Source of the DNA: Minisyncoccota bacterium
GTDB taxonomy: Bacteria > Patescibacteriota > Minisyncoccia > Phycocordibacterales > BOKC01
DNA: 64,000 bases
Direction of reading: 5' to 3'
NCBI GenBank assembly: GCA_030583745.1
Contig: CP129473.1
Span: forward strand, 530-64,529
A program made the translations under genes and the position numbers. Under the pieces are notes generated by a model. It was not told the origin of the DNA. It saw nothing but the letters and a program-made list of their open reading frames with translations, and did no database searches. Shown in pieces: positions 20,427 through 30,066 of the stretch. The stretch's first letter is position 1, and every line of letters begins with the position of its first letter.

Positions 20427-22784
20427 ATGGTAAAAACAGCAAAACCGCAAGGTAAAAGGTCGAATCTTATAAAGAAAGTTCAGAAAAGAAGTGGTGAAGT
20501 TGTTGATTTTGATATTGAAAGAGTTTCAAGTGCTATTTACAAAGCCATGTTGGCAACCGGCGAGGGGTCTTTTGAAGAGGCAGGTATGGTTGCGAATAAA
20601 GTTTTAGCGGATTTGGTGAGAATTTCCAAAAAACATCCAAATTTTTTGCCGACTGTTGAGGGAATTCAGAATTCTGTTGAAAAAGAACTGATGCTCTCCG
20701 AATATGTCGCAACCGCTAAGTCTTACATTCTTTATCGTGAGCAAAGAAACAAAATGAGAGTTTCTGGTTTGCAAGTTCCGGAGAAAGTCAGAAAACTTGC
20801 TGCTGAAAGCAAGAAGTATTTTAAAAATTCTTTAGCCGAATTTATCTTTTACAGAACTTATGCGCGTTGGATTGAAGAAGAGCAGAGAAGAGAAACTTGG
20901 ATTGAGACAGTTGATCGTTATGTTGGCTTCATGAAAGAAAATCTTGGAGACAAGTTAAGCAAATCTGAATATCAGGAAGTCAGGGAGGGAATTTTAAATC
21001 ACCAAGCGATGCCATCAATGCGTTTGTTGCAGTTTGCTGGTAAGGCGGCGCGTTCAACTAATGTCTGCGCTTATAATTGTTCATACATCGCGCCAGAAAA
21101 TTTTCAAGATTTGGCGGAGATAATGTATGTTTCGATGTGTGGCACCGGAGTTGGTTGGTCGGCTGAAAGTCAGAACGTTCAAAAATTTCCGCAAATAAAA
21201 ATCCAAACTGGTAAAAAGCTGCCGGCTTGTGTTATAGAAGATAGTAAAGAAGGGTGGTGCAACGCTTTTGTTTTGGGTATGAAGACTTGGGCTGAAGGGA
21301 GTGATATTGAATTTGATTATTCTAAAATAAGACCCGCTGGCGCTCGCTTGAAAACTATGGGGGGCAAAGCTTCTGGGCCGGAACCATTGAGAAGATTGCT
21401 TAGCTTTACCAGAGACAAAATGCTGAAAAAACAGGGCAAGCGTCTTTCAAATATTGATGTTCACGATATTATCTGCATGGTTGGTGACTGTGTTGTTTCC
21501 GGAGGTGTTCGACGGAGTGCCATGATTTCTCTTTCTGATTTTGATGATCAGGAAATTAGAGACGCGAAAAAAGGTCAGTTTTATATTACCGAACCGCAAA
21601 GGAGCTTGGCGAATAATTCAGCAGTTTATACCAATAAGCCGACTAGCACAGAATTTCTAGAAGAATGGATCGCTTTGATGAAGTCTGGCAGTGGTGAGAG
21701 AGGGATTTTCAACAGAGGGTCACTTGCTAAGACTTTGCCCCAAAGAAGAATTAAATTCTTGAAAGAATGCCCAGAGAGTTATTTTGACAGCACCGGAGAG
21801 AATATTATAGGAAGTATTGGAACTAATCCTTGCGGCGAAATAATCTTGCAATCTAAACAATTCTGCAACTTGTCCGAAATTGTAGCCAGAAAAGAAGACA
21901 ATCTAGATTCGCTTTTGAAAAAAATGCGTTTGGCCACCATTCTTGGTACTTATCAAGCGACCTTAACCAATTTCTCTTATCTTTCAAAAAAATGGAAAGA
22001 AAATTGTGAAAAAGAAAGACTACTCGGAGTTTCAATTACTGGTCACTGGGATTGCCCGGCCCTGAAAGATGCCAAAGTTTTGAAAGCCCTACGTGACGAG
22101 GCGGTAAAGATCAATCGACAATACTCTAAGAAGTTTGGTGTGAACATTTCAACCTGCATCACTTGCGTCAAGCCGTCAGGAACTTTGTCGCAGATGGTTG
22201 ATTGCGCTTCAGGTATGCATCCTAGATATTCAAAATACTACATAAGGAGAATTAGAATTTCAGCTACCGATTCTCTTTTCAAAATGTTGCGCGATCAGGG
22301 CGTGCCCTATAAGCCGGAGGTTGGTCAGACGATGGAGAGCGCTTATACTTTCGTCTTTGAGTTTCCAGTTAAGGCGCCTGCCGGCTCGCACATATTCAAA
22401 GACGATTTATCTGCCATTGAGCAACTTGAGTATTGGAAATTGGTGAAGGAAAATTATACCGAACACAATCCTTCAGTAACCGTTTCAATTGGTGAAAACG
22501 AGTGGATTGAGGTAGCTAACTGGTTGTACAAAAACTGGGACATTATTGGCGGACTTTCTTTTCTTCCGAGAGATAACCATGTTTACCAACTAGCTCCGTT
22601 TGAAGAAATCGATGAGAAGAAATATAAGGAAATATCAGGACGTCTTGAGCATATTGATTTTTCAAAAATCATGACTTATGAGAAGCAAGACGAGACTGAA
22701 GCTAAAAAAGAATTAGCTTGTGTTGCCGGAGTTTGTGAGGTTGATGAGATCGTTCAAACTGCGCCTTCTGTTTCGCAAAGTTAA
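20427..22784 (+). CDS. nrdJ: Class II (adenosylcobalamin-dependent) ribonucleotide reductase with an N-terminal ATP-cone
   Basis: ATP-cone (VQKRSGEVVDFDIERV). NPCGEI active-site motif and conserved Cys positions. Start taken at the Met at 20427. Confidence 0.8.
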   Translation: MVKTAKPQGKRSNLIKKVQKRSGEVVDFDIERVSSAIYKAMLATGEGSFEEAGMVANKVLADLVRISKKHPNFLPTVEGIQNSVEKELMLSEYVATAKSYILYREQRNKMRVSGLQVPEKVRKLAAESKKYFKNSLAEFIFYRTYARWIEEEQRRETWIETVDRYVGFMKENLGDKLSKSEYQEVREGILNHQAMPSMRLLQFAGKAARSTNVCAYNCSYIAPENFQDLAEIMYVSMCGTGVGWSAESQNVQKFPQIKIQTGKKLPACVIEDSKEGWCNAFVLGMKTWAEGSDIEFDYSKIRPAGARLKTMGGKASGPEPLRRLLSFTRDKMLKKQGKRLSNIDVHDIICMVGDCVVSGGVRRSAMISLSDFDDQEIRDAKKGQFYITEPQRSLANNSAVYTNKPTSTEFLEEWIALMKSGSGERGIFNRGSLAKTLPQRRIKFLKECPESYFDSTGENIIGSIGTNPCGEIILQSKQFCNLSEIVARKEDNLDSLLKKMRLATILGTYQATLTNFSYLSKKWKENCEKERLLGVSITGHWDCPALKDAKVLKALRDEAVKINRQYSKKFGVNISTCITCVKPSGTLSQMVDCASGMHPRYSKYYIRRIRISATDSLFKMLRDQGVPYKPEVGQTMESAYTFVFEFPVKAPAGSHIFKDDLSAIEQLEYWKLVKENYTEHNPSVTVSIGENEWIEVANWLYKNWDIIGGLSFLPRDNHVYQLAPFEEIDEKKYKEISGRLEHIDFSKIMTYEKQDETEAKKELACVAGVCEVDEIVQTAPSVSQS

Positions 22785-22792
22785 ACAGCAAA

Positions 22793-23833
22793 ATGTCTAA
22801 AACAAAAAAGATAAAAGTTGCTATAAATGGCGCTGGGCGTATTGGCCGATCGTTTATTAGAGCAGCTTTGGAAAGAGAAGATTTAGAAATTGTAGCGGTC
22901 AATGATTTGGGCGATATAGAAAACATCGCTTATCTTTTAAAATACGACACTGTTTATGGTAAAAGTAAATTTGAAGTAGAAATTGGCGAGCGTCAGGAGC
23001 ACTTGTCACTTGATGGTCAAAAAATTCTATTTTTTAGTCAGAAAGACCCTCTGCAATTACCTTGGAAAGAGCTTGATATTGATGTTGTCGTTGAATCGAC
23101 CGGCGTTTTTACCAAATTTGAAACAGCCAAAGTTCACTTGGAAGCTGGTGCCAAGCGCGTAGTTATCACTGCGCCGGCAAAAGACGAACCGTCTAATGAA
23201 TCGCAGGCCACAGTTTTGATGGGTATTAATGATGAGAAATTAAAAACCTGCAACATTACTTCTAACGCTTCTTGCACGACAAATGCCGGCAGTCCGGTCA
23301 TTCAAATTTTGAACGAGATGATCGGTATAGAAAAAGCACTTTTGAGCACTGTTCATGGTTATACCGCCAGTCAGAGCGTGGTTGATTCACCGAACAGCAA
23401 AAAATTCCGGCTTGGTCGCGCCGCGGCGCAAAACATTATTCCGACTTCAACCGGAGCGGCTACTGCCACAACTAAAGCCATTCCAGAGCTTGAGGGCAAA
23501 TTTGACGGCATTGCTCTGCGGGTACCGGTTCCGGCTGGTTCTATTGCCGATATAACTTTTATCGCTAAAAGAAATACTTCTGTTGAAGAGGTAAATGAAA
23601 TTTTGGAAAAAGCCGCCAAAGAAGAAAGATGGAAGGGAATTTTTGGAATTACCAAAGAACCGCTTGTCTCTTCCGATATTTTAGGAAGCCCTTACGGCTC
23701 AATCGCCGACCTGGATTTGACCCGCGTGGTGGATGGAAACCTAGTAAAAGTTTTAGCTTGGTATGACAACGAGATGGGGTATGTTCATACTTTGATTGAG
23801 CATGTAGTAAAACTTGGTCAGTATATCAAATAA
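22793..23833 (+). CDS. gap: Glyceraldehyde-3-phosphate dehydrogenase
   Basis: NGAGRIGR NAD-binding site and ASCTTN active-site Cys motif. Confidence 0.93.
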   Translation: MSKTKKIKVAINGAGRIGRSFIRAALEREDLEIVAVNDLGDIENIAYLLKYDTVYGKSKFEVEIGERQEHLSLDGQKILFFSQKDPLQLPWKELDIDVVVESTGVFTKFETAKVHLEAGAKRVVITAPAKDEPSNESQATVLMGINDEKLKTCNITSNASCTTNAGSPVIQILNEMIGIEKALLSTVHGYTASQSVVDSPNSKKFRLGRAAAQNIIPTSTGAATATTKAIPELEGKFDGIALRVPVPAGSIADITFIAKRNTSVEEVNEILEKAAKEERWKGIFGITKEPLVSSDILGSPYGSIADLDLTRVVDGNLVKVLAWYDNEMGYVHTLIEHVVKLGQYIK

Positions 23834-23849
23834 AATTTTTAATAAAAAA

Positions 23850-23905
23850 GTTGTTATCGTATCCGACCGCGTTGGGCTTGAACTTAAAGAAACACAAAAT
23901 ATATA
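23850..23905 (+). pseudogene. Short duplicated fragment resembling the rpiB 5' end
   Basis: Translates to VVIVSDRVGLELKE, compared with rpiB IFIASDHAGFELKE. The nucleotide string cttgaacttaaagaaa is shared with the start of rpiB about 200 bp downstream. Confidence 0.35.
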
Positions 23906-23910
23906 ACCAA

Positions 23911-23960
23911 TTCAACACGGCCGTGTTGAATTGGTTATATTTGTTATTTTTAGGGAGTTT
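23911..23960 (+). terminator. Intrinsic terminator after gap
   Basis: Perfect 16-bp inverted repeat (aaccaattcaacacg/cgtgttgaattggtt) followed by a T-rich tract. Confidence 0.8.
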
Positions 23961-24048
23961 AAGATTTTTTCTAAACGGTCTAAAATTTTTTAAATTATAT
24001 TTGTTGAGGGAATAAGAATTAAAAATATTACTATGATAGAATATAAAT

Positions 24049-24510
24049 ATGCAAATTTTTATTGCATCAGACCACGCCGGGTTTGAACTTAAAGAAAAAC
24101 TAAAAGTTTTTTTGAAAGAGCTTGGATATGAGATGGAAGATAAAGGCGCCTTTGAATTGAATCCGGATGATGATTACCCAGATTTTATTTCTCTTGTTGC
24201 AAAAGAAATAGCCCTTCGACAAGCTCAGGGCGATCACGATGCTAAGGGCATCGTGATCGGTGGTTCGGGGCAAGGCGAGGCAATTTGCGCCAATAAATTT
24301 AAAAGTGTCAGGGCGGTAGTTTTTTATGGCGGAGATAAAAAAATAATTTCTTTATCTCGCGAACACAATGACGCTAATGTTTTGTCACTAGGAGCACGCT
24401 TCTTAAACGAAGAAGAAGCCAAAGAGGCGGTAAAGCTCTGGTTGGAAACGCCATTTTCAAAAGACGAAAGACATATACGACGAATAAAAATGCTAGAAGC
24501 TAACAGCTAA
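24049..24510 (+). CDS. rpiB: Ribose-5-phosphate isomerase B
   Basis: MQIFIASDHAGFELKE RpiB/LacAB N-terminus. Correct length. Confidence 0.88.
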   Translation: MQIFIASDHAGFELKEKLKVFLKELGYEMEDKGAFELNPDDDYPDFISLVAKEIALRQAQGDHDAKGIVIGGSGQGEAICANKFKSVRAVVFYGGDKKIISLSREHNDANVLSLGARFLNEEEAKEAVKLWLETPFSKDERHIRRIKMLEANS

Positions 24511-25208
24511 TGATTAAAGTCATTCCCGCAATAATTCCAAAAAGTTTTCATGATTTGGAAGAGAAAATGTCTCAAGTTGTAGGGCTAGTACCCTTGGTGC
24601 AGATTGACGTTATGGATGGCAAACTCACTCCGGAAGCATCTTGGCCCTATTTGAATTCCGAAAACACTGATTTTGTAGCAATAAAAAAAGAAGAAAAAGA
24701 GTTTCCCTTTTGGGAAGAATTGGATTTTGAGGTTGATTTAATGGTTCGCCAGCCGGAAAACGTTTGGTTTGATTGGATTATCGCCGGCGCTAAAAGAATT
24801 ATTTTTCATGTTGAATCAACAGAAGATTTGGGTAGTTTGGTAAAAAATTTTAAAGAAAAACTTCCAGCCAGTGATTCAGCTCTTCATATTGAACTCGGAC
24901 TTGCGCTAGACATTGACACTCCGAACGAAAAAGTTTATCCATTTGTGCCGGAATTAGATTTTGTCCAGTTTATGGGAATTGCCAAAATTGGTTTTCAAGG
25001 CCAGCCGTTTGATGAAAGAGTTTTGGAAAAAATAAAAAGTTTTAAGCAGAAGTTTCCGGAAGCGATCGTTAGTGTTGACGGGGGAGTAAGTTTGGAAACC
25101 GCTCCTCGCTTGATAGAAGCCGGTGCAACCCGCCTCGCCTCCGGCTCGGCGATTTTTGAAAGCGGAAACATTTCTGGCACTATAGAGAATTTGAAAAATC
25201 TAGGTTAA
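24510..25208 (+). CDS. rpe: Ribulose-phosphate 3-epimerase-like (TIM barrel)
   Basis: IDVMDG and VDGGV motifs. Lies in a pentose-phosphate gene context. Confidence 0.65.
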   Translation: MIKVIPAIIPKSFHDLEEKMSQVVGLVPLVQIDVMDGKLTPEASWPYLNSENTDFVAIKKEEKEFPFWEELDFEVDLMVRQPENVWFDWIIAGAKRIIFHVESTEDLGSLVKNFKEKLPASDSALHIELGLALDIDTPNEKVYPFVPELDFVQFMGIAKIGFQGQPFDERVLEKIKSFKQKFPEAIVSVDGGVSLETAPRLIEAGATRLASGSAIFESGNISGTIENLKNLG

Positions 25209-25217
25209 AATATTTGC

Positions 25218-26117
25218 ATGTCTCACAAACTAACTGACCAAAAAAAGGACGAGCTTGCATTGATTGCCAATAATGTGAGGCAGTCAATTATTGAATCGCT
25301 GATTGAAGCCGGCTCAGGACATACCGCCGGGCCTCTTGGAATGGCGGACATTTTTACTGTGCTTTATTTTCATCTCTTAAAACATGACCCTAAAAACCCA
25401 CTTTGGGAAGAGCGAGACAGGGTGATTTTATCCAACGGGCACATTTGTCCGGTGCTTTACGCGACAATGGCTCACGCAGGATATTTTCCAGTTGAAGAAC
25501 TTAAAACCTTGAGAAAATTTGGTTCTCACCTGCAAGGACATCCTCATAGAGAATATTTACCGGCGCTTGAAACCAGTTCCGGACCTTTGGGTTCAGGACT
25601 TTCACAAGCAGTTGGTATGGCTTTAGCTGAGAGAATTAATAACGGAACTTCATCGCAAAAATTTTTCTACTGCTTAATGTCAGACGGCGAGTTGGACGCC
25701 GGAAATACTTGGGAAGGAGCGATGCTTGCCGGAAAAGAAAAGCTTTGGAATTTAATAGCGATAATTGACAGAAATAATATTCAAATTGACGGCGTTACTG
25801 AAGATATTATGCCACTAGAACCTTTGCGAGCTAAATGGGAAGCGTGGAATTGGCATGTAATTGAAATTGACGGTCATAATTTTGAAGAGATTGTGGATGC
25901 GGTTAATCAAGGTAAAGCCGTGTTTAACAAGCCGACGGTGATCATTGCTCATACTATTCCCGGAAAAGGTGTTCCTGAGTTTGAAAGAGATTTCCGTTGG
26001 CATGGAGCGCCTCCCGGCAAAGGTCCGACTGATAAAGTTCCAGCAGACAAGCAAGGAGAGGTGGCTCTTAAAGCGCTTAGGACATTAGGTGGAAAGGTTG
26101 AAAGTGAGAGTGAATAG
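25218..26117 (+). CDS. tkt: Transketolase, N-terminal (TPP-binding) subunit
   Basis: GSGHTAGPLGMAD... and GDGELDAGN TPP-binding motifs. Split-form transketolase. Confidence 0.88.
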   Translation: MSHKLTDQKKDELALIANNVRQSIIESLIEAGSGHTAGPLGMADIFTVLYFHLLKHDPKNPLWEERDRVILSNGHICPVLYATMAHAGYFPVEELKTLRKFGSHLQGHPHREYLPALETSSGPLGSGLSQAVGMALAERINNGTSSQKFFYCLMSDGELDAGNTWEGAMLAGKEKLWNLIAIIDRNNIQIDGVTEDIMPLEPLRAKWEAWNWHVIEIDGHNFEEIVDAVNQGKAVFNKPTVIIAHTIPGKGVPEFERDFRWHGAPPGKGPTDKVPADKQGEVALKALRTLGGKVESESE

Positions 26118-26144
26118 AAATAGGAAATTTAATTTAAATTTTTT

Positions 26145-26894
26145 ATGGGTAGTAATCTAAAAGACAAAGTTGTAATAATAACGGGAGGAACATCTGGTAT
26201 AGGGCTTGCCACTGCAAAGCTTTTTTCAGAGGAAGGGGCTCGTGTGGTTATTGCAAGTAATAGAGAAGAAGGTGGTGATGATATTGCACAATCTATCTCG
26301 TCTGAATGTCTTTTTGTGCAAACTGATGTTCGTGAAGAACATCAAGTAAAAAATCTAATTTCTAAGGCGATAGAAAAATTTGGAAAGTTGGATATCCTGG
26401 TAAATTCCGCCGGTGTTTATTCTTTTTCTCAAGGAGATATTGTTCAGATGCCAACTACTGATTTTGATTTGACCATGGACGTAAATTTTAAAGGTATTTT
26501 TTTGATGACAAAATTTGCAATTCCCGAACTTGCAAAAACGAAGGGGAACATCGTGAACATTTCTTCAGCTTTAGGGTTGGTGCCGGAAAAAGAGTCGGCG
26601 ATTTATTGCGCGTCAAAATCGGCGGTCATTATGTTTTCAAAAGCGACAGCTTTGCAGCTTTCAGAAAAAGAAATTAGAGTAAATTCTATTTGTCCCGGAC
26701 CAATTGATACTCCAATGCTGAGGAGTGCTTTTCCTGAAAAAGAAGAGTACGATAGCTATATAAAACTAAACCCAATGAAAAGAGTTGGAACCCCTGAAGA
26801 GGTCGCAAGGCTAATTCTTTTTGTAGCAAGCGAGAGTTCGGGATATATTACGGGAGGAGTATTTACAATTGATGGAGGAGAATCATTAAAATAA
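26145..26894 (+). CDS. Short-chain dehydrogenase/reductase (SDR)
   Basis: TGGTSGIG cofactor motif and YxxxK (YCASK) catalytic motif. Confidence 0.85.
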   Translation: MGSNLKDKVVIITGGTSGIGLATAKLFSEEGARVVIASNREEGGDDIAQSISSECLFVQTDVREEHQVKNLISKAIEKFGKLDILVNSAGVYSFSQGDIVQMPTTDFDLTMDVNFKGIFLMTKFAIPELAKTKGNIVNISSALGLVPEKESAIYCASKSAVIMFSKATALQLSEKEIRVNSICPGPIDTPMLRSAFPEKEEYDSYIKLNPMKRVGTPEEVARLILFVASESSGYITGGVFTIDGGESLK

Positions 26895-26897
26895 TTT

Positions 26898-27896
26898 ATG
26901 TTAAACAAAACCGCAAAATTAAATCCGCATATTTTTGAAAAGGACGTCGAGCAGGAACCGATCAGAAAAGGATTTGGAAAGGGGCTACTTAAAGCAGGGG
27001 AGAATGATGAAAGAGTTGTGGGGCTTTGCGCAGATTTGACCGAGTCAACCCAAATGCATCTTTTTCGGGATAAGTTTCCGGAGCGCTATGTTCAGATCGG
27101 TGTTGCCGAGCAGAATTTGGCAACGGTTGCATCCGGTATGGCGGCTATGGGAAAAATTCCTTTTATCACTTCTTACGCTATGTTTTCTCCGGGCAGGAAT
27201 TGGGAACAAATCAGAACGACAATTTGCTATAACGACCGACCTGTAAAAATTGCCGGAAGCCATGCTGGAATTTCTGTCGGTCCCGATGGCGGAACTCATC
27301 AAGCCGTTGAAGATATGGCAATTATGAGAGTAATTCCTAGAATGGTTGTAATTTCTCCTTGTGATTCAATTGAAGCAGAAAAAGCGACTATGGCAGTCGC
27401 AAAAACCGATTCACCAACTTATATTCGACTAGCTCGTGAAAAAACTCCAATAATTACCACCCTCGAAACTCCTTTTGAAATCGGTAAAGGGCAAATATTT
27501 TGGGATTCGTCATCTAACGGAAAAAATCCAGAGGTGGGAATTATTTCAACTGGCGCTTTAACTCACAAAGCTTTAGTTGTCGCTAAGGAATTGGAAGAAG
27601 AAATTCCGGTGAAGGTGCTAAACCTTTCAATTATTAAACCGCTTGATGAAGAATCTATCATTTCTCTGGCAAAAGAATGCGGAGCGATTGTTACAGTTGA
27701 AGAGCACCAAATAAGAGGAGGAATGGGTTCTGCTGTAGCAGAGTGTTTGGCCAAAAATTGTCCGGTGCCAATTGAATTCGTGGGTGTTGATGATAAATTT
27801 GGCCAATCCGGAGAGCCGGAAGAGCTTATTGAACATTACGGCATGGGGGTCTCTCATATAAAAGAAGCTGTAAAACGTGTGACAAACAGAAAATAG
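26898..27896 (+). CDS. tkt: Transketolase, C-terminal subunit
   Basis: Pyr and C-terminal transketolase domain features. Follows the N-subunit, with the SDR gene inserted between them. Confidence 0.85.
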   Translation: MLNKTAKLNPHIFEKDVEQEPIRKGFGKGLLKAGENDERVVGLCADLTESTQMHLFRDKFPERYVQIGVAEQNLATVASGMAAMGKIPFITSYAMFSPGRNWEQIRTTICYNDRPVKIAGSHAGISVGPDGGTHQAVEDMAIMRVIPRMVVISPCDSIEAEKATMAVAKTDSPTYIRLAREKTPIITTLETPFEIGKGQIFWDSSSNGKNPEVGIISTGALTHKALVVAKELEEEIPVKVLNLSIIKPLDEESIISLAKECGAIVTVEEHQIRGGMGSAVAECLAKNCPVPIEFVGVDDKFGQSGEPEELIEHYGMGVSHIKEAVKRVTNRK

Positions 27897-27897
27897 A

Positions 27898-29016
27898 TTA
27901 TCTAACGGTTTCGTAAACTTTTTCTATCGGCTTTTTACTGAAGACAATTTGCCAGAGCTGATATTTTCCGGACCTAAATCCTCCGGCACAAATTAATAAA
28001 TAGTATTTCCAAAGGCGATAAAACTTTTCACCATATTTTTCTTTTATTTCCGGCCAATTTTTGTCAAAATTTTCAAACCAAGCCATCAAAGTCGGGTCGT
28101 AATATTTGCCGAAATTTTGGAGGTCATGGGTGATAAATAGATTATCAGTAGCGGTAAAAATTTGTCCCAAGGAAGGTAAAGCCATACCGGGGAAAATATA
28201 TTTTTCAACCCATCTAGTTTCTGACTGTCTTTTGTTTGGAGTTTTATATATTCCACCGAAGCAGTGAAGCAGAAACATTCCTCCATCTTTTAGATTTTTG
28301 TGAGCTGATTGCATATATTCCAAATAATTTTTATGCCCGACATGTTCAAACATTCCCAGAGATATTATCCGGTCAAATTTTTCATCTACTTTTCTGTAGT
28401 CTTGGATTCTAATATCTACCGGTAAACCCCGGCACGATTTCTTGGCATATTCCGCTTGATTTTTTGAAAGGGTGATACCGATGCACTTGGCGCCGTATTT
28501 TTCCGCCGCAAACTTAACAAAACTGCCCCAACCACAGCCAATATCCAAAACGCTCATTCCGGGCTTTAAGCCAATTTTTTGACAGACCAAATCCAATTTT
28601 GCTTCTTGAGCTTCGTCCAAATTTTGGGCGTTCTTCCAATAACCGCAGGTATAAGTCATTCTTTTATCCAACATCAATTCAAACAAATCATTTCCGATGT
28701 CATAGTGGTGCCGAATCTGTTTAAATACATTTGATTTTTTCTGCAGATTAAAAATTTTTTCTTTTAAAAAAATTCCCCAAGTCGCCCAATGATTTTTAAA
28801 AGCCAAAGAAAAGTCGGCTTTTATCAAACGTTCCAACAACTCGTCGATTTGTTGACAATCCCAAAGGCCGTCGACGTAAGCCTCGCCCAAAGCGGTTAGT
28901 CCGCCGAGTTTAACTTTTCTAAAAACTTTTTTGTCGTTGACTTGAATATCCCAAGGTCGGCCACCATTTATTTTTACGTCGGCTTTTTCCAAAATCTTTT
29001 GAAGTTTTTTATCCAT
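27898..29016 (-). CDS. Cyclopropane-fatty-acyl-phospholipid synthase family SAM-dependent methyltransferase
   Basis: VLDIGCGWG SAM motif and CFA-synthase-like length and composition. Confidence 0.8.
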   Translation of the reverse strand: MDKKLQKILEKADVKINGGRPWDIQVNDKKVFRKVKLGGLTALGEAYVDGLWDCQQIDELLERLIKADFSLAFKNHWATWGIFLKEKIFNLQKKSNVFKQIRHHYDIGNDLFELMLDKRMTYTCGYWKNAQNLDEAQEAKLDLVCQKIGLKPGMSVLDIGCGWGSFVKFAAEKYGAKCIGITLSKNQAEYAKKSCRGLPVDIRIQDYRKVDEKFDRIISLGMFEHVGHKNYLEYMQSAHKNLKDGGMFLLHCFGGIYKTPNKRQSETRWVEKYIFPGMALPSLGQIFTATDNLFITHDLQNFGKYYDPTLMAWFENFDKNWPEIKEKYGEKFYRLWKYYLLICAGGFRSGKYQLWQIVFSKKPIEKVYETVR

Positions 29017-29021
29017 ATAGT

Positions 29022-30017
29022 TTATTCCAACTGTTCCGGTTTATAATTTGCCGGCGCTTTGGCCAGAAATTCTTCCAACTTTTCTTGGCTCAAAAGGCCT
29101 TCTTGGGCGCCGATGTATTGAACAACAGACATTGAGTTTATCGGTCCCCAGACAAGGGCCTCGGGAATTGATTTACCTAAAATTAAAGCGCAGGTAAAAG
29201 TGGAGGAAAACGAGTCGCCGGCGCCGGTGCGATCAACCGGAGGTTTAGGGTCCGGATACATCGGCATATGCCAGATTTCTTTACCATCATAAGTGTAGGC
29301 ACCTTCCGGACCATCGGTAATAACGACAATTTTCGGCCCCAAATCATGCATCGCTTTCAAGAGTTCCGGAATTTCCGATCCTTTTTTATTTGTGATTTTT
29401 TGCGCTTCCTCTTTGTTGCAGAAGAAAAGCTCGGTTAGTTCGTATAGGTCCTTCAGTTTTTCGGCGCCCAATTTAATCTGAAAAGTGCCCGGCTGAAAAG
29501 CCAGTTTGATTTCCGGATTTTTTCGCAACCAGTCGGCAATCTCGAGATGATGCGGAAGGGAATTGGAAGCTAATGAGCTCAAATAAATCCATTTTGGCGC
29601 CGGATTTATTTCCGGTAATTTATAATCGTATTCTTGGTGTTTGACCAAAATTGTTCGCTCTTCTTTGTAGCGTAGAACAAAGTGATAATTTGATTTCATC
29701 CCCTTATGAACTTGCACATAATCTGTCGCTACTTTTTCTTTTTTTAATTGAGCCAGTTGCTCTTCGCCATAAGAATCGTCCCCCATATTTGTCAGGAGGG
29801 CCGAATTAAGTCCTAAGCGGTGGGCAGCTACAGCGGCGTTCGGACTATTGCCCACGGCCGGCACAATGACCACATCTCGGAAAGGTAATTTTTCACCGAA
29901 ACGCATACAAAGCTCCTTACTCTTTTCAGGGTTGTCGGTTTCTATCCAGGCCTCTTCAAGCTCAATAAAAGCGTCTGTCACAATATCGCCAATCGCCAAA
30001 AAATCAATTTTAGACAT
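29022..30017 (-). CDS. PfkB-family carbohydrate kinase
   Basis: C-terminal TGAGDSF motif and N-terminal GG motif. Confidence 0.8.
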   Translation of the reverse strand: MSKIDFLAIGDIVTDAFIELEEAWIETDNPEKSKELCMRFGEKLPFRDVVIVPAVGNSPNAAVAAHRLGLNSALLTNMGDDSYGEEQLAQLKKEKVATDYVQVHKGMKSNYHFVLRYKEERTILVKHQEYDYKLPEINPAPKWIYLSSLASNSLPHHLEIADWLRKNPEIKLAFQPGTFQIKLGAEKLKDLYELTELFFCNKEEAQKITNKKGSEIPELLKAMHDLGPKIVVITDGPEGAYTYDGKEIWHMPMYPDPKPPVDRTGAGDSFSSTFTCALILGKSIPEALVWGPINSMSVVQYIGAQEGLLSQEKLEEFLAKAPANYKPEQLE

Positions 30018-30066
30018 GTGGAAATTATATCACAAAGAAATTCGCGTTAATGATACAATTATTTTT

